A DNA stretch of 53,296 nucleotides from a virus (lineage: Duplodnaviria; Caudoviricetes), in IMG/VR virus record IMGVR_UViG_3300037485_000957, positions 1 to 53,296 of that record; one strand, given 5' to 3'. The position numbers and the translations under genes were made by a program. Below are positions 38,119 through 46,874 of this stretch, one piece after another. Within the stretch, counting starts at the first letter, position 1, and the number at the start of each line of letters is the position of its first letter. The notes below the pieces were generated by a model, which saw nothing but the letters and a program-made list of their open reading frames with translations, searched no databases and was not told where the DNA came from.

Positions 38119-38217
38119 GCGTATAACACGTGCTATAAGCAAGTTTGCCAATAACTTTTTCGGTAACTTGAACATTTTTGCAAGGCAAACCTGCTCATAG
38201 CACCATACGTTAGCAGC
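38119..38217 (+). repeat. attC-like site B
   Basis: GCGTATAAC-ac-GTGCTATAAGCAAGTTTGCC...GGCAAACCTGCTCATAGCAC-catac-GTTAGCAGC; arms pair at 18/20. Confidence 0.75.
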
Positions 38218-38221
38218 AATT

Positions 38222-38545
38222 TCACGATAGCCTCAAAGCCCTGAACCAATTCAATAATCGATTCTTTTCTCCAAGTGAATAACCCCACCTTCCTGTAATC
38301 AAAAAAGTAATAGGTAGGATCAGGATCATTAACAACATTGTCAGTGTTGCAAACGGCAGTGTTAATCTCATCCAGAAATTAACAGGCGTTTGTTCTTCGC
38401 AATAAAACTCAATGTTTAATTCAATAAACCTATCGCACAACTCCTCGCTACCAATATTCGAAAGCTCTGGAAATACTTTTTTGAAGTTCGGCATGTAATT
38501 AGCATAACCGTTTGACCAAGTCCTTCTTAATTTCCTGTACATCAT
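38222..38545 (-). CDS. Hypothetical membrane protein (cargo of incomplete cassette 3)
   Basis: 107 aa with one TM segment; its stop lies just beyond GTTAGCAGC. Confidence 0.65.
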   Translation of the reverse strand: MMYRKLRRTWSNGYANYMPNFKKVFPELSNIGSEELCDRFIELNIEFYCEEQTPVNFWMRLTLPFATLTMLLMILILPITFLITGRWGYSLGEKNRLLNWFRALRLS

Positions 38546-38586
38546 GATTTCGTTTCAAATTAAGTTTGGGGTGTGGGTGGCTGGAG

Positions 38587-39117
38587 TCAGGCTACAACCG
38601 TGTAGCCTAAACACCTTTTTAAATCATTGACAATATCTCGGTAGTGGTGCATTTCGCTTTCATTCGGAAACAATGATTGCAAAAAAGCAACATTTTCTTG
38701 CTGATAAACACCATACATATTTGACCTAGTTTCGTAACTGTACTGCGCATTTGCAAATCTATCACAAAGCTTTACATACTTTGCCCACATCGTTTTTCTG
38801 ATACCATCGTAATAAGCATCGTTTGCCCTTTCTTTTCGGTTCTTACCTTTTTCGTTGGTTACAGCGTAAACAATGTTCGCAACGGATGCTCCAGCAACTT
38901 GTTTAATATCGTTGTAGGTCATTCTACAATCTTCAATAGTATCGTGCAACCAACAAGCGTCTAATACATCGCCTTGCGCTTGCTCAGGGATGCAGTCAAT
39001 ATACTTTTGTGCAATCATTGCTACCATTGATAAATGTACCGAATAAGGTTTCCCATCGTATAAATGGTTTGTGTTGTTGTGTGCTTCGATTGCGAAGCTG
39101 ATTATTTCACTGTTCAT
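38587..39117 (-). CDS. HD-domain phosphohydrolase (SpoT/Mesh1-like small alarmone hydrolase)
   Basis: FAIEAH...YDGKPYSVHL...WLHDTIEDC...VKLCDRFAN. Confidence 0.8.
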   Translation of the reverse strand: MNSEIISFAIEAHNNTNHLYDGKPYSVHLSMVAMIAQKYIDCIPEQAQGDVLDACWLHDTIEDCRMTYNDIKQVAGASVANIVYAVTNEKGKNRKERANDAYYDGIRKTMWAKYVKLCDRFANAQYSYETRSNMYGVYQQENVAFLQSLFPNESEMHHYRDIVNDLKRCLGYTVVA

Positions 39118-39182
39118 ATTAAAAACTTCAATCTCGTTTCAACTCTATTTTCACTCTTACGTGACTCATCGCCTTTGAATTT

Positions 39183-39210
39183 AAAAGGGAGGAGATTACG
39201 CCCCTCCCTT
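39183..39210 (-). terminator. Intrinsic terminator after the 247-aa gene
   Basis: Minus-strand AAGGGAGG...CCTCCCTTTT. Confidence 0.6.
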
Positions 39211-39219
39211 ATGTTGTGA

Positions 39220-39963
39220 TTAAATCATATCCTCAGCGCCGTCGAAGAAGTCAGCAGGGAGATCGTCTGTATTAGGCAGCTCCGCTTTCTTCTTTGATGC
39301 TGGACGCTTCTCTTCTTCGAAGGAAGGGACAGGTACTTCTTTGCGTTCGTTAGTAAGAGGATTTACAGCAGGGATCGATTGGATACCAGCATCCATCATA
39401 GAGGCGAACTCAGGTGATTTCTTAATCTCCTCTTGCAACCACTCAGGTAGCGTCTTAAACACTTCCTCGTCATGCATAAGTGGAGAATACGATACCAATG
39501 GATTGATTGGCAGTGGAGCAGGAAAGCCCTTAGGGATAGGCATGAACGCTTTGATGTTAGCGTATGTCTTTGTCCCGTCCTTCGATGGCTCATGCACCAC
39601 GTTAATCATACACGCTTTACCAAGCAGGTTACGGAAGTCATAAGAAGACGCTTCTTTATCGGAGGCGAACGCCTTACCAGCAATACCTTCAATCATCTTG
39701 CGTAGTCCTGCCTTCTCGTTCATAGTACGAGTGTACTTACATCCCAGTACCATAGGCTTCTCAGGATCGCCTTCTTTGAATACTCGCATTTCTGTCGAGC
39801 TTTCAAATGTGAAACGCATTGTGTCTTTAAGCCCAGGGAATTGTCCCCCTTGCTCCTGATGACCAACGTGGATCATAGAATACAATACTGCGATTTGTGC
39901 TCCTGCGGGGAACAGCTCTTTGTCGAATGATGCACCAGACGTTGGTGCTGTGAATGGATTCAT
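39220..39963 (-). CDS. Probable single-stranded DNA-binding / replication protein
   Basis: LLGKACMINVVH...YANI motif and an acidic tail (TDDLPADFFDGAEDMI). Confidence 0.6.
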   Translation of the reverse strand: MNPFTAPTSGASFDKELFPAGAQIAVLYSMIHVGHQEQGGQFPGLKDTMRFTFESSTEMRVFKEGDPEKPMVLGCKYTRTMNEKAGLRKMIEGIAGKAFASDKEASSYDFRNLLGKACMINVVHEPSKDGTKTYANIKAFMPIPKGFPAPLPINPLVSYSPLMHDEEVFKTLPEWLQEEIKKSPEFASMMDAGIQSIPAVNPLTNERKEVPVPSFEEEKRPASKKKAELPNTDDLPADFFDGAEDMI

Positions 39964-39974
39964 AGTTATTGGTT

Positions 39975-40250
39975 TTAGTTGTTAAATTGTTCGCTGTAAA
40001 GCACCTCTTGATTACCGGCCAGTTCTGTAATGATGTCATTGTGGACATCGAAGAACTCAGCTGTTGAGATGGCTGTGTATTGTGGGCTATCGCTCAGTAG
40101 CGTATGTATGATGGTTTTGATAGTTTCGAACTCATCAACCACTCTGATGCCGCGCTGGCCCTTCTGGCAATAGACGCTTATCATTCTCTTGGAGGTGTAG
40201 TCAACACGGAAGTACTCTTCCTCCGAGCTAAGCTTGAATGTGAATATCAT
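39975..40250 (-). CDS. Hypothetical protein
   Basis: ORF in operon context. Confidence 0.6.
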   Translation of the reverse strand: MIFTFKLSSEEEYFRVDYTSKRMISVYCQKGQRGIRVVDEFETIKTIIHTLLSDSPQYTAISTAEFFDVHNDIITELAGNQEVLYSEQFNN

Positions 40251-40561
40251 AGTATGTCCTCCAGTATTAAGTCAACAAAAAACTCCTGACTGCCACACGC
40301 TTTAGCATGCAAGGCGTAACGCTTTATCTTATCAATGCGCGTCTCTTCAATAGGCTTCCTTTTCAAGTAAAGGGGCTGCTCCTGAGGAGTCTCGGTAATA
40401 GAGAATCTGTTTGACGAGTATCTATTCCCATTTACTAGAAAGTAAGAGCCGTATAACTCCCCTTTGTATAGATTGCCATAAACAAGATCAGTGTCCTGAT
40501 CGCTTATGCAATACATTTCAATGTCACGCTTTGCCATATATAGTCTGTTTGTTTGATGCAA
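40247..40561 (-). CDS. Hypothetical protein
   Basis: Likely start MAKRDIE (40537), after a TATATTTG box at 40559-40566. Confidence 0.55.
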   Translation of the reverse strand: MHQTNRLYMAKRDIEMYCISDQDTDLVYGNLYKGELYGSYFLVNGNRYSSNRFSITETPQEQPLYLKRKPIEETRIDKIKRYALHAKACGSQEFFVDLILEDIL

Positions 40562-40647
40562 ATATACACTGTAAATAATACCTATTACAATATTGTTTTA
40601 TTTTATATGGTATTTTGCGTTAAACGATTGATAGAGAGTGGATTATT

Positions 40648-41268
40648 TTACTGCTTAATCACCTCTATATCCTGTATGATTACATCGGCCTCATCGCAGT
40701 TGGTGTTCATCTTCGCTGACGTGATGCGCTTACCATAGCGGAATAGGTTCATCCCGAATAACTTCGCCTGCTTGCTTCTGTTGCCTTCGTATACGATAAC
40801 GCTTCCTTTGATACTTAAGAACGTAGAGACGAACGCAGAGTCGCTGTTTGCTGGCTCAAATACGGATACTGATAGGCAAGAGTCTTTGCTTGAAATAATA
40901 CGTCCCACACGAATAGTGTCACCCATCACCAAACTATCTCGCCACTCAACTGTATTCTGTGTCTTGCGGGATAAGCGAAACTGAGTCAACCTCAACACGC
41001 GAGACAGCTCAATCTTATCGTCCATCAATTCATTCAAGCTATCCAAGTACGCATCCTCGCGCTGAGCAAACTGCTCTTCCGTTAGCTTGAGTGTACGTGT
41101 GAATCCATCAGCCTCATGCAGCCCATTAAGAACCTCGGCCTCATAGTTGCCCGTAGCGATGAGAGCCTTGTTCTTCCATGATCTGCGCTCCATAGATTGC
41201 AGAAACAAAAGCAACAGTAATACAGCAATGATAGCTACGGCAATAATGGTTTTATTCAACTTTTCCAT
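40648..41268 (-). CDS. Membrane-anchored coiled-coil protein, possible spanin-like lysis protein
   Basis: N-terminal TM segment, coiled coil and beta-rich C-terminus. Confidence 0.5.
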   Translation of the reverse strand: MEKLNKTIIAVAIIAVLLLLLFLQSMERRSWKNKALIATGNYEAEVLNGLHEADGFTRTLKLTEEQFAQREDAYLDSLNELMDDKIELSRVLRLTQFRLSRKTQNTVEWRDSLVMGDTIRVGRIISSKDSCLSVSVFEPANSDSAFVSTFLSIKGSVIVYEGNRSKQAKLFGMNLFRYGKRITSAKMNTNCDEADVIIQDIEVIKQ

Positions 41269-41545
41269 TGGGATTCATTTGGAGCTTAAAGTTACGAATG
41301 GATACCTCTTGCTCAACCTTACGATTCCTTATTCTTTCATAGCGTAACAATGCCTTCATCATACTACCATAATGGCGCATGGTGATTCTCTTTGTCCTGC
41401 CCTTCTCAAACATACTCACCTGCACCTGAGTGAGTCCAGCCATCTCGGCCAGCTCCGTCTGTGATACGCCAAGCACCACCCGACACATACCAACTTTAAG
41501 ATGCGCAGGGTAATCCAGCTTAATCAATTCTGTAATGCTTGTCAT
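41252..41545 (-). CDS. XRE-family HTH regulator
   Basis: LGVSQTELAEMAGLTQVQVSMFEKG. Confidence 0.8.
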   Translation of the reverse strand: MTSITELIKLDYPAHLKVGMCRVVLGVSQTELAEMAGLTQVQVSMFEKGRTKRITMRHYGSMMKALLRYERIRNRKVEQEVSIRNFKLQMNPNGKVE

Positions 41546-41751
41546 TTCGACTTATCATATTTAATGAATCGGCCATCAGTGCCACGTAAACGAATGCTCT
41601 CGCAACACTTCTTAAGGCGTTCAATCTCCTTCAGAGTTTCTTCATGCTCCTTGCTTAGCTTGTTGTAGTAATGAGCTAATGTAAAAAGAGGAACAATGCA
41701 TGACACTGCAAGCACTACTGATTCAACAAATGATAATGTATATTCGCTCAT
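41542..41751 (-). CDS. Small membrane protein
   Basis: TM segment, coiled coil and RGTDGRF tail; TAAGTTTG box at 41774-41781. Confidence 0.6.
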   Translation of the reverse strand: MSEYTLSFVESVVLAVSCIVPLFTLAHYYNKLSKEHEETLKEIERLKKCCESIRLRGTDGRFIKYDKSK

Positions 41752-41812
41752 TTCTGATTATTTTAATCAGAGGCAAACTTAGGTATTATTTTAATACAAA
41801 TGGATTATTTTA

Positions 41813-42025
41813 TTATGCTTGCTCCAGCTTGAGCATCCTATCGAAGTGCTTTCCCCACATCATATTGAGGATGATCTCGTCTTTATCTGTGAATGATCCT
41901 GTTATTGTTCTCCATGAATCTTTCGCTATAATCATTGCCGAAACTTCACACATCGTATTACAAGCCACTCTGAATGCTAATACATTTATGAGTCTCTTAT
42001 TATGCTCTCTATTAGACAAGTCCAT
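41813..42025 (-). CDS. Hypothetical protein
   Basis: Follows the PAS-HisKA gene by 6 nt. Confidence 0.55.
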   Translation of the reverse strand: MDLSNREHNKRLINVLAFRVACNTMCEVSAMIIAKDSWRTITGSFTDKDEIILNMMWGKHFDRMLKLEQA

Positions 42026-42031
42026 CTACAG

Positions 42032-42598
42032 TCATTTGACACTGTTGCACAATGTAGTAATTTCTCTGATAACATCGTCAAGTTCTTCAGAAGATGTTTT
42101 TAACATAGAAATCACTTCAAGCTTATCCTTATCTATTCCAGGAGTTTTTGCAATCAGCTCTGACAATGCAATTATATTAGCCAATGGCTTTCTTACTTTG
42201 TGAGATTGTATCCAGGCGATATTCTCAAGCACCCTGCGCTGAGTGTCATACTCATGAGAAGAGATGCTAACAACATCGAATAGCTGTATGCCCATGAAAT
42301 GAAACGTACCTAATCCAAAGGCCACCTCCCATGTGCTCCATCTACTAGCCCCGTTCTTTTGCTTTAAACGACATTGAAAAGAAGAAGGGAATGGGCTGCG
42401 CTCAACAGCTTTGTCCATCGCCTTCTTCATTAAATCCTTATCGTTATCAATGGTGATAAAATGCTCTATGTTCGTCGGGGAGATATGTGATGCGAAGTCA
42501 TTAAACAACTCATTACTGTATGTTATTTCACCTTCATCGGAACTGCATAAGTAAAAAGCATGCAACGAATTCTCTAATATCACATTGGCTGGTATCAT
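42032..42598 (-). CDS. PAS plus HisKA (DHp) protein lacking the ATPase domain
   Basis: PAS-like GEITYSNELF...FQCRLKQKNGASRW; H-box IAWIQSHKVRKPLANIIAL; ends after ELDDVIREI. Confidence 0.75.
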   Translation of the reverse strand: MIPANVILENSLHAFYLCSSDEGEITYSNELFNDFASHISPTNIEHFITIDNDKDLMKKAMDKAVERSPFPSSFQCRLKQKNGASRWSTWEVAFGLGTFHFMGIQLFDVVSISSHEYDTQRRVLENIAWIQSHKVRKPLANIIALSELIAKTPGIDKDKLEVISMLKTSSEELDDVIREITTLCNSVK

Positions 42599-42698
42599 CT
42601 CCTTATTTTACAAAGGCTAATTTATAACATAAGCAGCGACCTACAAGACAAATAATGTAGGTATTCGATACAATGTGGGGGGACTCCCCTATATGAGA

Positions 42699-43193
42699 TT
42701 ATGCCTTGTTAATGTCCCTCAAAAGAGCGGCCCAATACCCATTAGTTACCGACCTTACTATGTACGCAACTGTGATAAGAACCAATGCAGGGAACATGGC
42801 AGCGTGGAATGCGCTGTCTGTTGAGGTTGTTACTGGATGGCTATGCGAAGGGTGATGAACAGTGAAGGCTATCGCAGCTGGATGCTGATTGTCGTTAGGC
42901 TGGATGGTATCTGAAGCGCGTAGAGGTTGAATCATCATCGGTAATTGGTACTCAAATGTACTCAATTCCTGACTCAAGGCGACCGTATCTCCTGTGATTG
43001 ACACATACCAATACAGCATGCCCACCCCATCAGGATCGACAGTAGGCTTCAGTGTCACCAATTCATGCGCTATCACCTCCCTATACTCACGGATATGGAT
43101 GAGGGTATCGGAGGTAAACCAAGAGCCGTTTTCATTGTGCACAGTATCTCTACTCATCAGCTGCATCATTACCTCCTTTCTTGTAATTACCAA
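42699..43193 (-). CDS. Hypothetical protein with a C-terminal TM segment
   Basis: 164 aa next to the holin-like gene. Confidence 0.55.
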   Translation of the reverse strand: MVITRKEVMMQLMSRDTVHNENGSWFTSDTLIHIREYREVIAHELVTLKPTVDPDGVGMLYWYVSITGDTVALSQELSTFEYQLPMMIQPLRASDTIQPNDNQHPAAIAFTVHHPSHSHPVTTSTDSAFHAAMFPALVLITVAYIVRSVTNGYWAALLRDINKA

Positions 43194-43437
43194 TGTATTT
43201 AAACAGTCCTATGAAATCAAATGTGTTATTAATGAACCCACCAGCAACCAACAGAATAAGCCCGAATACTGCCTTCTCCTGCGTTATCTGATCGAAGTAC
43301 CACAGATATAAGGTAGCGAGAATTGCAACACTCCCAAAGGTCTCTTTCCAGTTCTTTAGGATTGCTATCAGCACACGTAACCAACGAGGGTAATCAGGAT
43401 TCATAGGTGCGAAGATAGTGTTAATGCCCACCAACAT
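43150..43437 (-). CDS. Holin-like small membrane protein
   Basis: KNWKETFGS...; two TM segments and a charged C-terminus. Confidence 0.55.
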   Translation of the reverse strand: MLVGINTIFAPMNPDYPRWLRVLIAILKNWKETFGSVAILATLYLWYFDQITQEKAVFGLILLVAGGFINNTFDFIGLFKYIGNYKKGGNDAADE

Positions 43438-44182
43438 AGTACATGAACTTGGAATCAGACACAGAGCGCCCTAACAGATCGAACATCTGCCCATCCTTAG
43501 ATGGATAAGGCACTTCGCAATACACAATATCCGATACATGAACACCGCCATTGACATCATGCTCCCGAACAGCAAAGTAATTCATACCGCCCCTGTTGAA
43601 TGGAATACAGACATTGTAGTTGCTCTCAGTAGACTTCGTCTCCACCTCTGGCAGCACGTTAACCAGCGATGTCCAGTTAATAGCATCCGTTGAAGTGATA
43701 ATCTCATAGCTCTTTGTCCCTGCGTTTGAACACGTCATAAACCTCACCTTAACGCTCCCGTCAGCGTGATACGCATAAATACCACACCACTGAACAGCAA
43801 GGCCACCAGCGAGTACTGTATACGGGCAGAAGTTATCAATCAACTGCGCCTGTATCGTATAGCATACAGTGATAGTGTCACTACCTGCTGGAATCAGCGT
43901 TCCATTCTCGATGAACACGCATGCGCTATTGTACTGCTTCACCGCTGTCACATAAGCAGGCTGTCCGCTTGGGGATGAGTAGCTGAACGCTGCTATCTGC
44001 CCTTGGTTAACACGTGCCACCTTAACACAAATAGTAGTGTCACGTATCGCTCCCGACACACACTGCCCTGAGAAATACAAACCAAAGAACGAAGGGAGCG
44101 CCAAGTATGGCTGTGCCGTCCTCGTTACATTACATTGCGCCGTAGCTGCTACGCTTAACAGCAAAAAGAAAAGTGTCTTCAT
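43421..44182 (-). CDS. Secreted Cys-rich protein resembling Bacteroidota T9SS cargo proteins
   Basis: Signal peptide, LAVQW...YEIITSTDAINW...YFAVREHDVNG Ig-like segment, terminal MFDLLGR. Confidence 0.55.
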   Translation of the reverse strand: MKTLFFLLLSVAATAQCNVTRTAQPYLALPSFFGLYFSGQCVSGAIRDTTICVKVARVNQGQIAAFSYSSPSGQPAYVTAVKQYNSACVFIENGTLIPAGSDTITVCYTIQAQLIDNFCPYTVLAGGLAVQWCGIYAYHADGSVKVRFMTCSNAGTKSYEIITSTDAINWTSLVNVLPEVETKSTESNYNVCIPFNRGGMNYFAVREHDVNGGVHVSDIVYCEVPYPSKDGQMFDLLGRSVSDSKFMYYVGGH

Positions 44183-44248
44183 GCGCTATTATACGCACCA
44201 AGACACTCTCCTGTTATTCCTACTTAGTAGGTATTAGTTACATGTATT

Positions 44249-44665
44249 TTACACAATCGTTCCAGCGAACCCTGTCATCAACCACGCTGTGTCAGTGAGA
44301 GAATAAGTGATTGTATCAAATGCTGCAGCAGACATTGTTCCAACTGCGTTACCATCAGAATCTTTCACAGATAGCGTCCCTACAGTCCCTGTTGGGCCGA
44401 TGAAAATAACTACCTTCTGACCTAATTGAGCTGCAGCAGGGAGCTTTACAGTGTATGTAGATACAGAATTAGACAACACCGCTGATCCGCATTGATTAGA
44501 CAACTGAGTTGTAGCGGCATTAACCATACTAATCTCTTCTACGGCATTGCCATAGAACGCTTGATTCAAAATACCCTGCAACAAAGGATTCATTTTCGCT
44601 GCAGTAAACTGCCCGTTAGGGATAATCATATTAAGCAATGCTTGTAATTCTGCCTGTGATGCCAT
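44249..44665 (-). CDS. Probable virion protein
   Basis: Lies in the structural operon; beta-rich C-terminus. Confidence 0.55.
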   Translation of the reverse strand: MASQAELQALLNMIIPNGQFTAAKMNPLLQGILNQAFYGNAVEEISMVNAATTQLSNQCGSAVLSNSVSTYTVKLPAAAQLGQKVVIFIGPTGTVGTLSVKDSDGNAVGTMSAAAFDTITYSLTDTAWLMTGFAGTIV

Positions 44666-45006
44666 TATGCGAAGTCGTTTATGTTAAAATCGTTGTGATT
44701 GAAGTCCCAGCTTCCGTTTACGTATGTCTCTGGTAATGTTGCAATAGGAGCTGTAGTGAAATTTACATTACGGCAAATCCAATTACATATAGTGACAATG
44801 TCCATCTCCCTTAATCCAATCACACTAATGCAGTTGGTGGCGTATGACATCACTGTGTCTGTGTAGTTCTTTGCTATGTACAGCGTCTCAGGAACACACC
44901 CTTCATCGCACCCAATAGCAATCTGCTCGTTGAGGTACGCTAACTGCGTCTTAATAGCTGAATAGCTTATTAACGCGAATGATTGATATTGTCCTAGTGT
45001 AGCCAT
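44665..45006 (-). CDS. Probable virion protein
   Basis: Coupled ORF ending DFNHNDFNINDFA. Confidence 0.55.
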   Translation of the reverse strand: MATLGQYQSFALISYSAIKTQLAYLNEQIAIGCDEGCVPETLYIAKNYTDTVMSYATNCISVIGLREMDIVTICNWICRNVNFTTAPIATLPETYVNGSWDFNHNDFNINDFA

Positions 45007-46220
45007 TAGACAGCAAGAGTTGTGTATGTTACGTATACCGTAGCCGTACCATCGCCAGCAGCAGGATTACCAACAGATGTCGCTAATCGCAAAATGTCAT
45101 TCACCACATATTGGTTAGATGACGCTCCTGGGTTATACAGGAAGAACTGATCTATCCCCGATGCAGCAAATCCCCACAACCCCGTTGCTACCATAAGCTT
45201 CTCGCTTCCTGAGAAGGATACGATGTTCGCGTTTAGGTTAGTGGTATATGCCGTCGTGTTGAACGTGCACTTAACAAGCACACTGTACACCACGTTGACA
45301 TACCCAGCACCTGGAGCATCCAGCACCTTAATTGGCGTTGTGTAGCTTGCTAATATCTGAGCAGATGACACTGGTACAATCGCCACCTTCATCACTTGTA
45401 GTGAAGAGTCGATGTTAGCCGATGTAATAAGCCCTGCAGTAAGTCCCGTTCCGCTGCGCTTTAAAACAGCCCCGTCTACAGCAAATGGTACTGCCGTAGG
45501 TGATGCTGAAGCGTTTGTCGCGTTAGCTACAACAGAGAGCGCTGCGATAGCGTCAAGGTCTGTCGTTGATAATGGCTTCGATGTAGACACTCCGCGCCAT
45601 ACAGAGCCATCAAACGTGGCGATAATGATGATACCTCCGTTGAGTGCTTGGTTCGCATTGACGCTAATCCCAAACACTGTCATCGTATTAGCACCAAGCG
45701 TCACACCACCCGACACCTCAATCTGGAATTGACTCCCTGCTTTGATGCCTGACGTACCTGCCGTTACAGTGTAGTTGCTCGTTAATGTCGTTGGACTACC
45801 AACAAGCACCTGATACGCCGTATCAACACCAGCGACAAGCGTAAGTGTGCCTCCTACTGGAACAATGGCGTTCGTTACTCCTTGTGCTGCCTGTGGGGCA
45901 TCTATCCCATTTGCGAAGTATTGTACATCCCATGCCGTCCCGTCAAAGAAGCACGTGAACGTACCACTCTGATTAACCTGATCCTGAGAGATCGTTACCC
46001 CTGCAATGACAACACTGAATGTACTCAGTGTTACATCTGCTGTCCATAGCACACTGAAGCTTGCTGGCTCTAATGCTGTAGTAGTCGGGTTGATTGCAAC
46101 ATTACCCACCAGCGTAACAGGGCCAGATGAGTATAAGTTGAGATTAAGCATTACGCCAGGCGCAACGTAGTTGTCTAAAGAGAGTCCCGTAGACGTTATT
46201 TCTATAGAAGCGTAGTTCAT
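45006..46220 (-). CDS. Virion structural / fibre-like protein
   Basis: 404 aa, Thr/Gly/Ala/Val-rich, duplicated domain (FFDGTAW and TFDGSVW). Confidence 0.65.
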   Translation of the reverse strand: MNYASIEITSTGLSLDNYVAPGVMLNLNLYSSGPVTLVGNVAINPTTTALEPASFSVLWTADVTLSTFSVVIAGVTISQDQVNQSGTFTCFFDGTAWDVQYFANGIDAPQAAQGVTNAIVPVGGTLTLVAGVDTAYQVLVGSPTTLTSNYTVTAGTSGIKAGSQFQIEVSGGVTLGANTMTVFGISVNANQALNGGIIIIATFDGSVWRGVSTSKPLSTTDLDAIAALSVVANATNASASPTAVPFAVDGAVLKRSGTGLTAGLITSANIDSSLQVMKVAIVPVSSAQILASYTTPIKVLDAPGAGYVNVVYSVLVKCTFNTTAYTTNLNANIVSFSGSEKLMVATGLWGFAASGIDQFFLYNPGASSNQYVVNDILRLATSVGNPAAGDGTATVYVTYTTLAV

Positions 46221-46855
46221 TGCGCTGTGATTTTATCGATTGTGATTGATGTCATTACGCTCTCATTAGCAACCTGCTGCTTCACATTGTATGCAATAGC
46301 ATTTACGATACCGAAGTTCAGTCCTGTCAAATTACGCTGAAGGCAAGTAGTTTGATTTCCACTTGACGTAGCATTCAATGGCAGGAAGTCTGCCTGAACT
46401 CTACACGTAGCCGTAGTTACTCCAGTTTTTATAATCTCCACAACAAGGCGATATAGATTCTTGCCATTAAACATCGAGGTAGGCTCAAATGTAAATAAAG
46501 TGCATGACTGCGAAGCGAATGTAACCTGACGCAATGGAGGATTAGTTTGATTCACAGGAGCGTCCTGCCGACTCCATACCGACACCACGATAGAATCCCC
46601 GTCATTCACAAGCTGATTCGCCCCCAATGCGTATGTAGCTAAGTTGAAATAGTCTCCTGTTGTAATTGTTTTAGCTTCTTCCACATCGTAATACAGGCGA
46701 TACACGCCACTTGGGCCTGCGACACCTGGATCACCTGGATCACCTGGATCACCTGGAGTACCTGGAGCGCCTGGAGCGCCTGGAGTACCAGCCACTGAGA
46801 TGTATTGTATCGGGATACTTAAACACCCTAAATTCGTTAAACAGCAACCTGCCAT
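46217..46855 (-). CDS. Virion protein with a collagen-like repeat
   Basis: GTPGAPGAPGTPGDPGDPGDPGVAGP. Confidence 0.7.
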   Translation of the reverse strand: MAGCCLTNLGCLSIPIQYISVAGTPGAPGAPGTPGDPGDPGDPGVAGPSGVYRLYYDVEEAKTITTGDYFNLATYALGANQLVNDGDSIVVSVWSRQDAPVNQTNPPLRQVTFASQSCTLFTFEPTSMFNGKNLYRLVVEIIKTGVTTATCRVQADFLPLNATSSGNQTTCLQRNLTGLNFGIVNAIAYNVKQQVANESVMTSITIDKITAQ

Positions 46856-46874
46856 GTCTTGTCTTTTTTATAGT

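Larger units (their letters stand above)
37549..38209 (+). mobile_element. Integron-like gene cassette 2 (unknown cargo, antisense)
   Basis: Start core GTTATACGC is the exact reverse complement of GCGTATAAC (38119-38127). Confidence 0.75.

Noticed and set aside
37499-38217. attC-like sites as plain intrinsic terminators
   Set aside because: They lack U tails on the coding strand, and terminators would not explain the exact core matches across 660-730 bp.
46725-46790. 9-bp tandem repeats as a DNA-level element
   Set aside because: They are explained by the collagen Gly-X-Y coding repeat.
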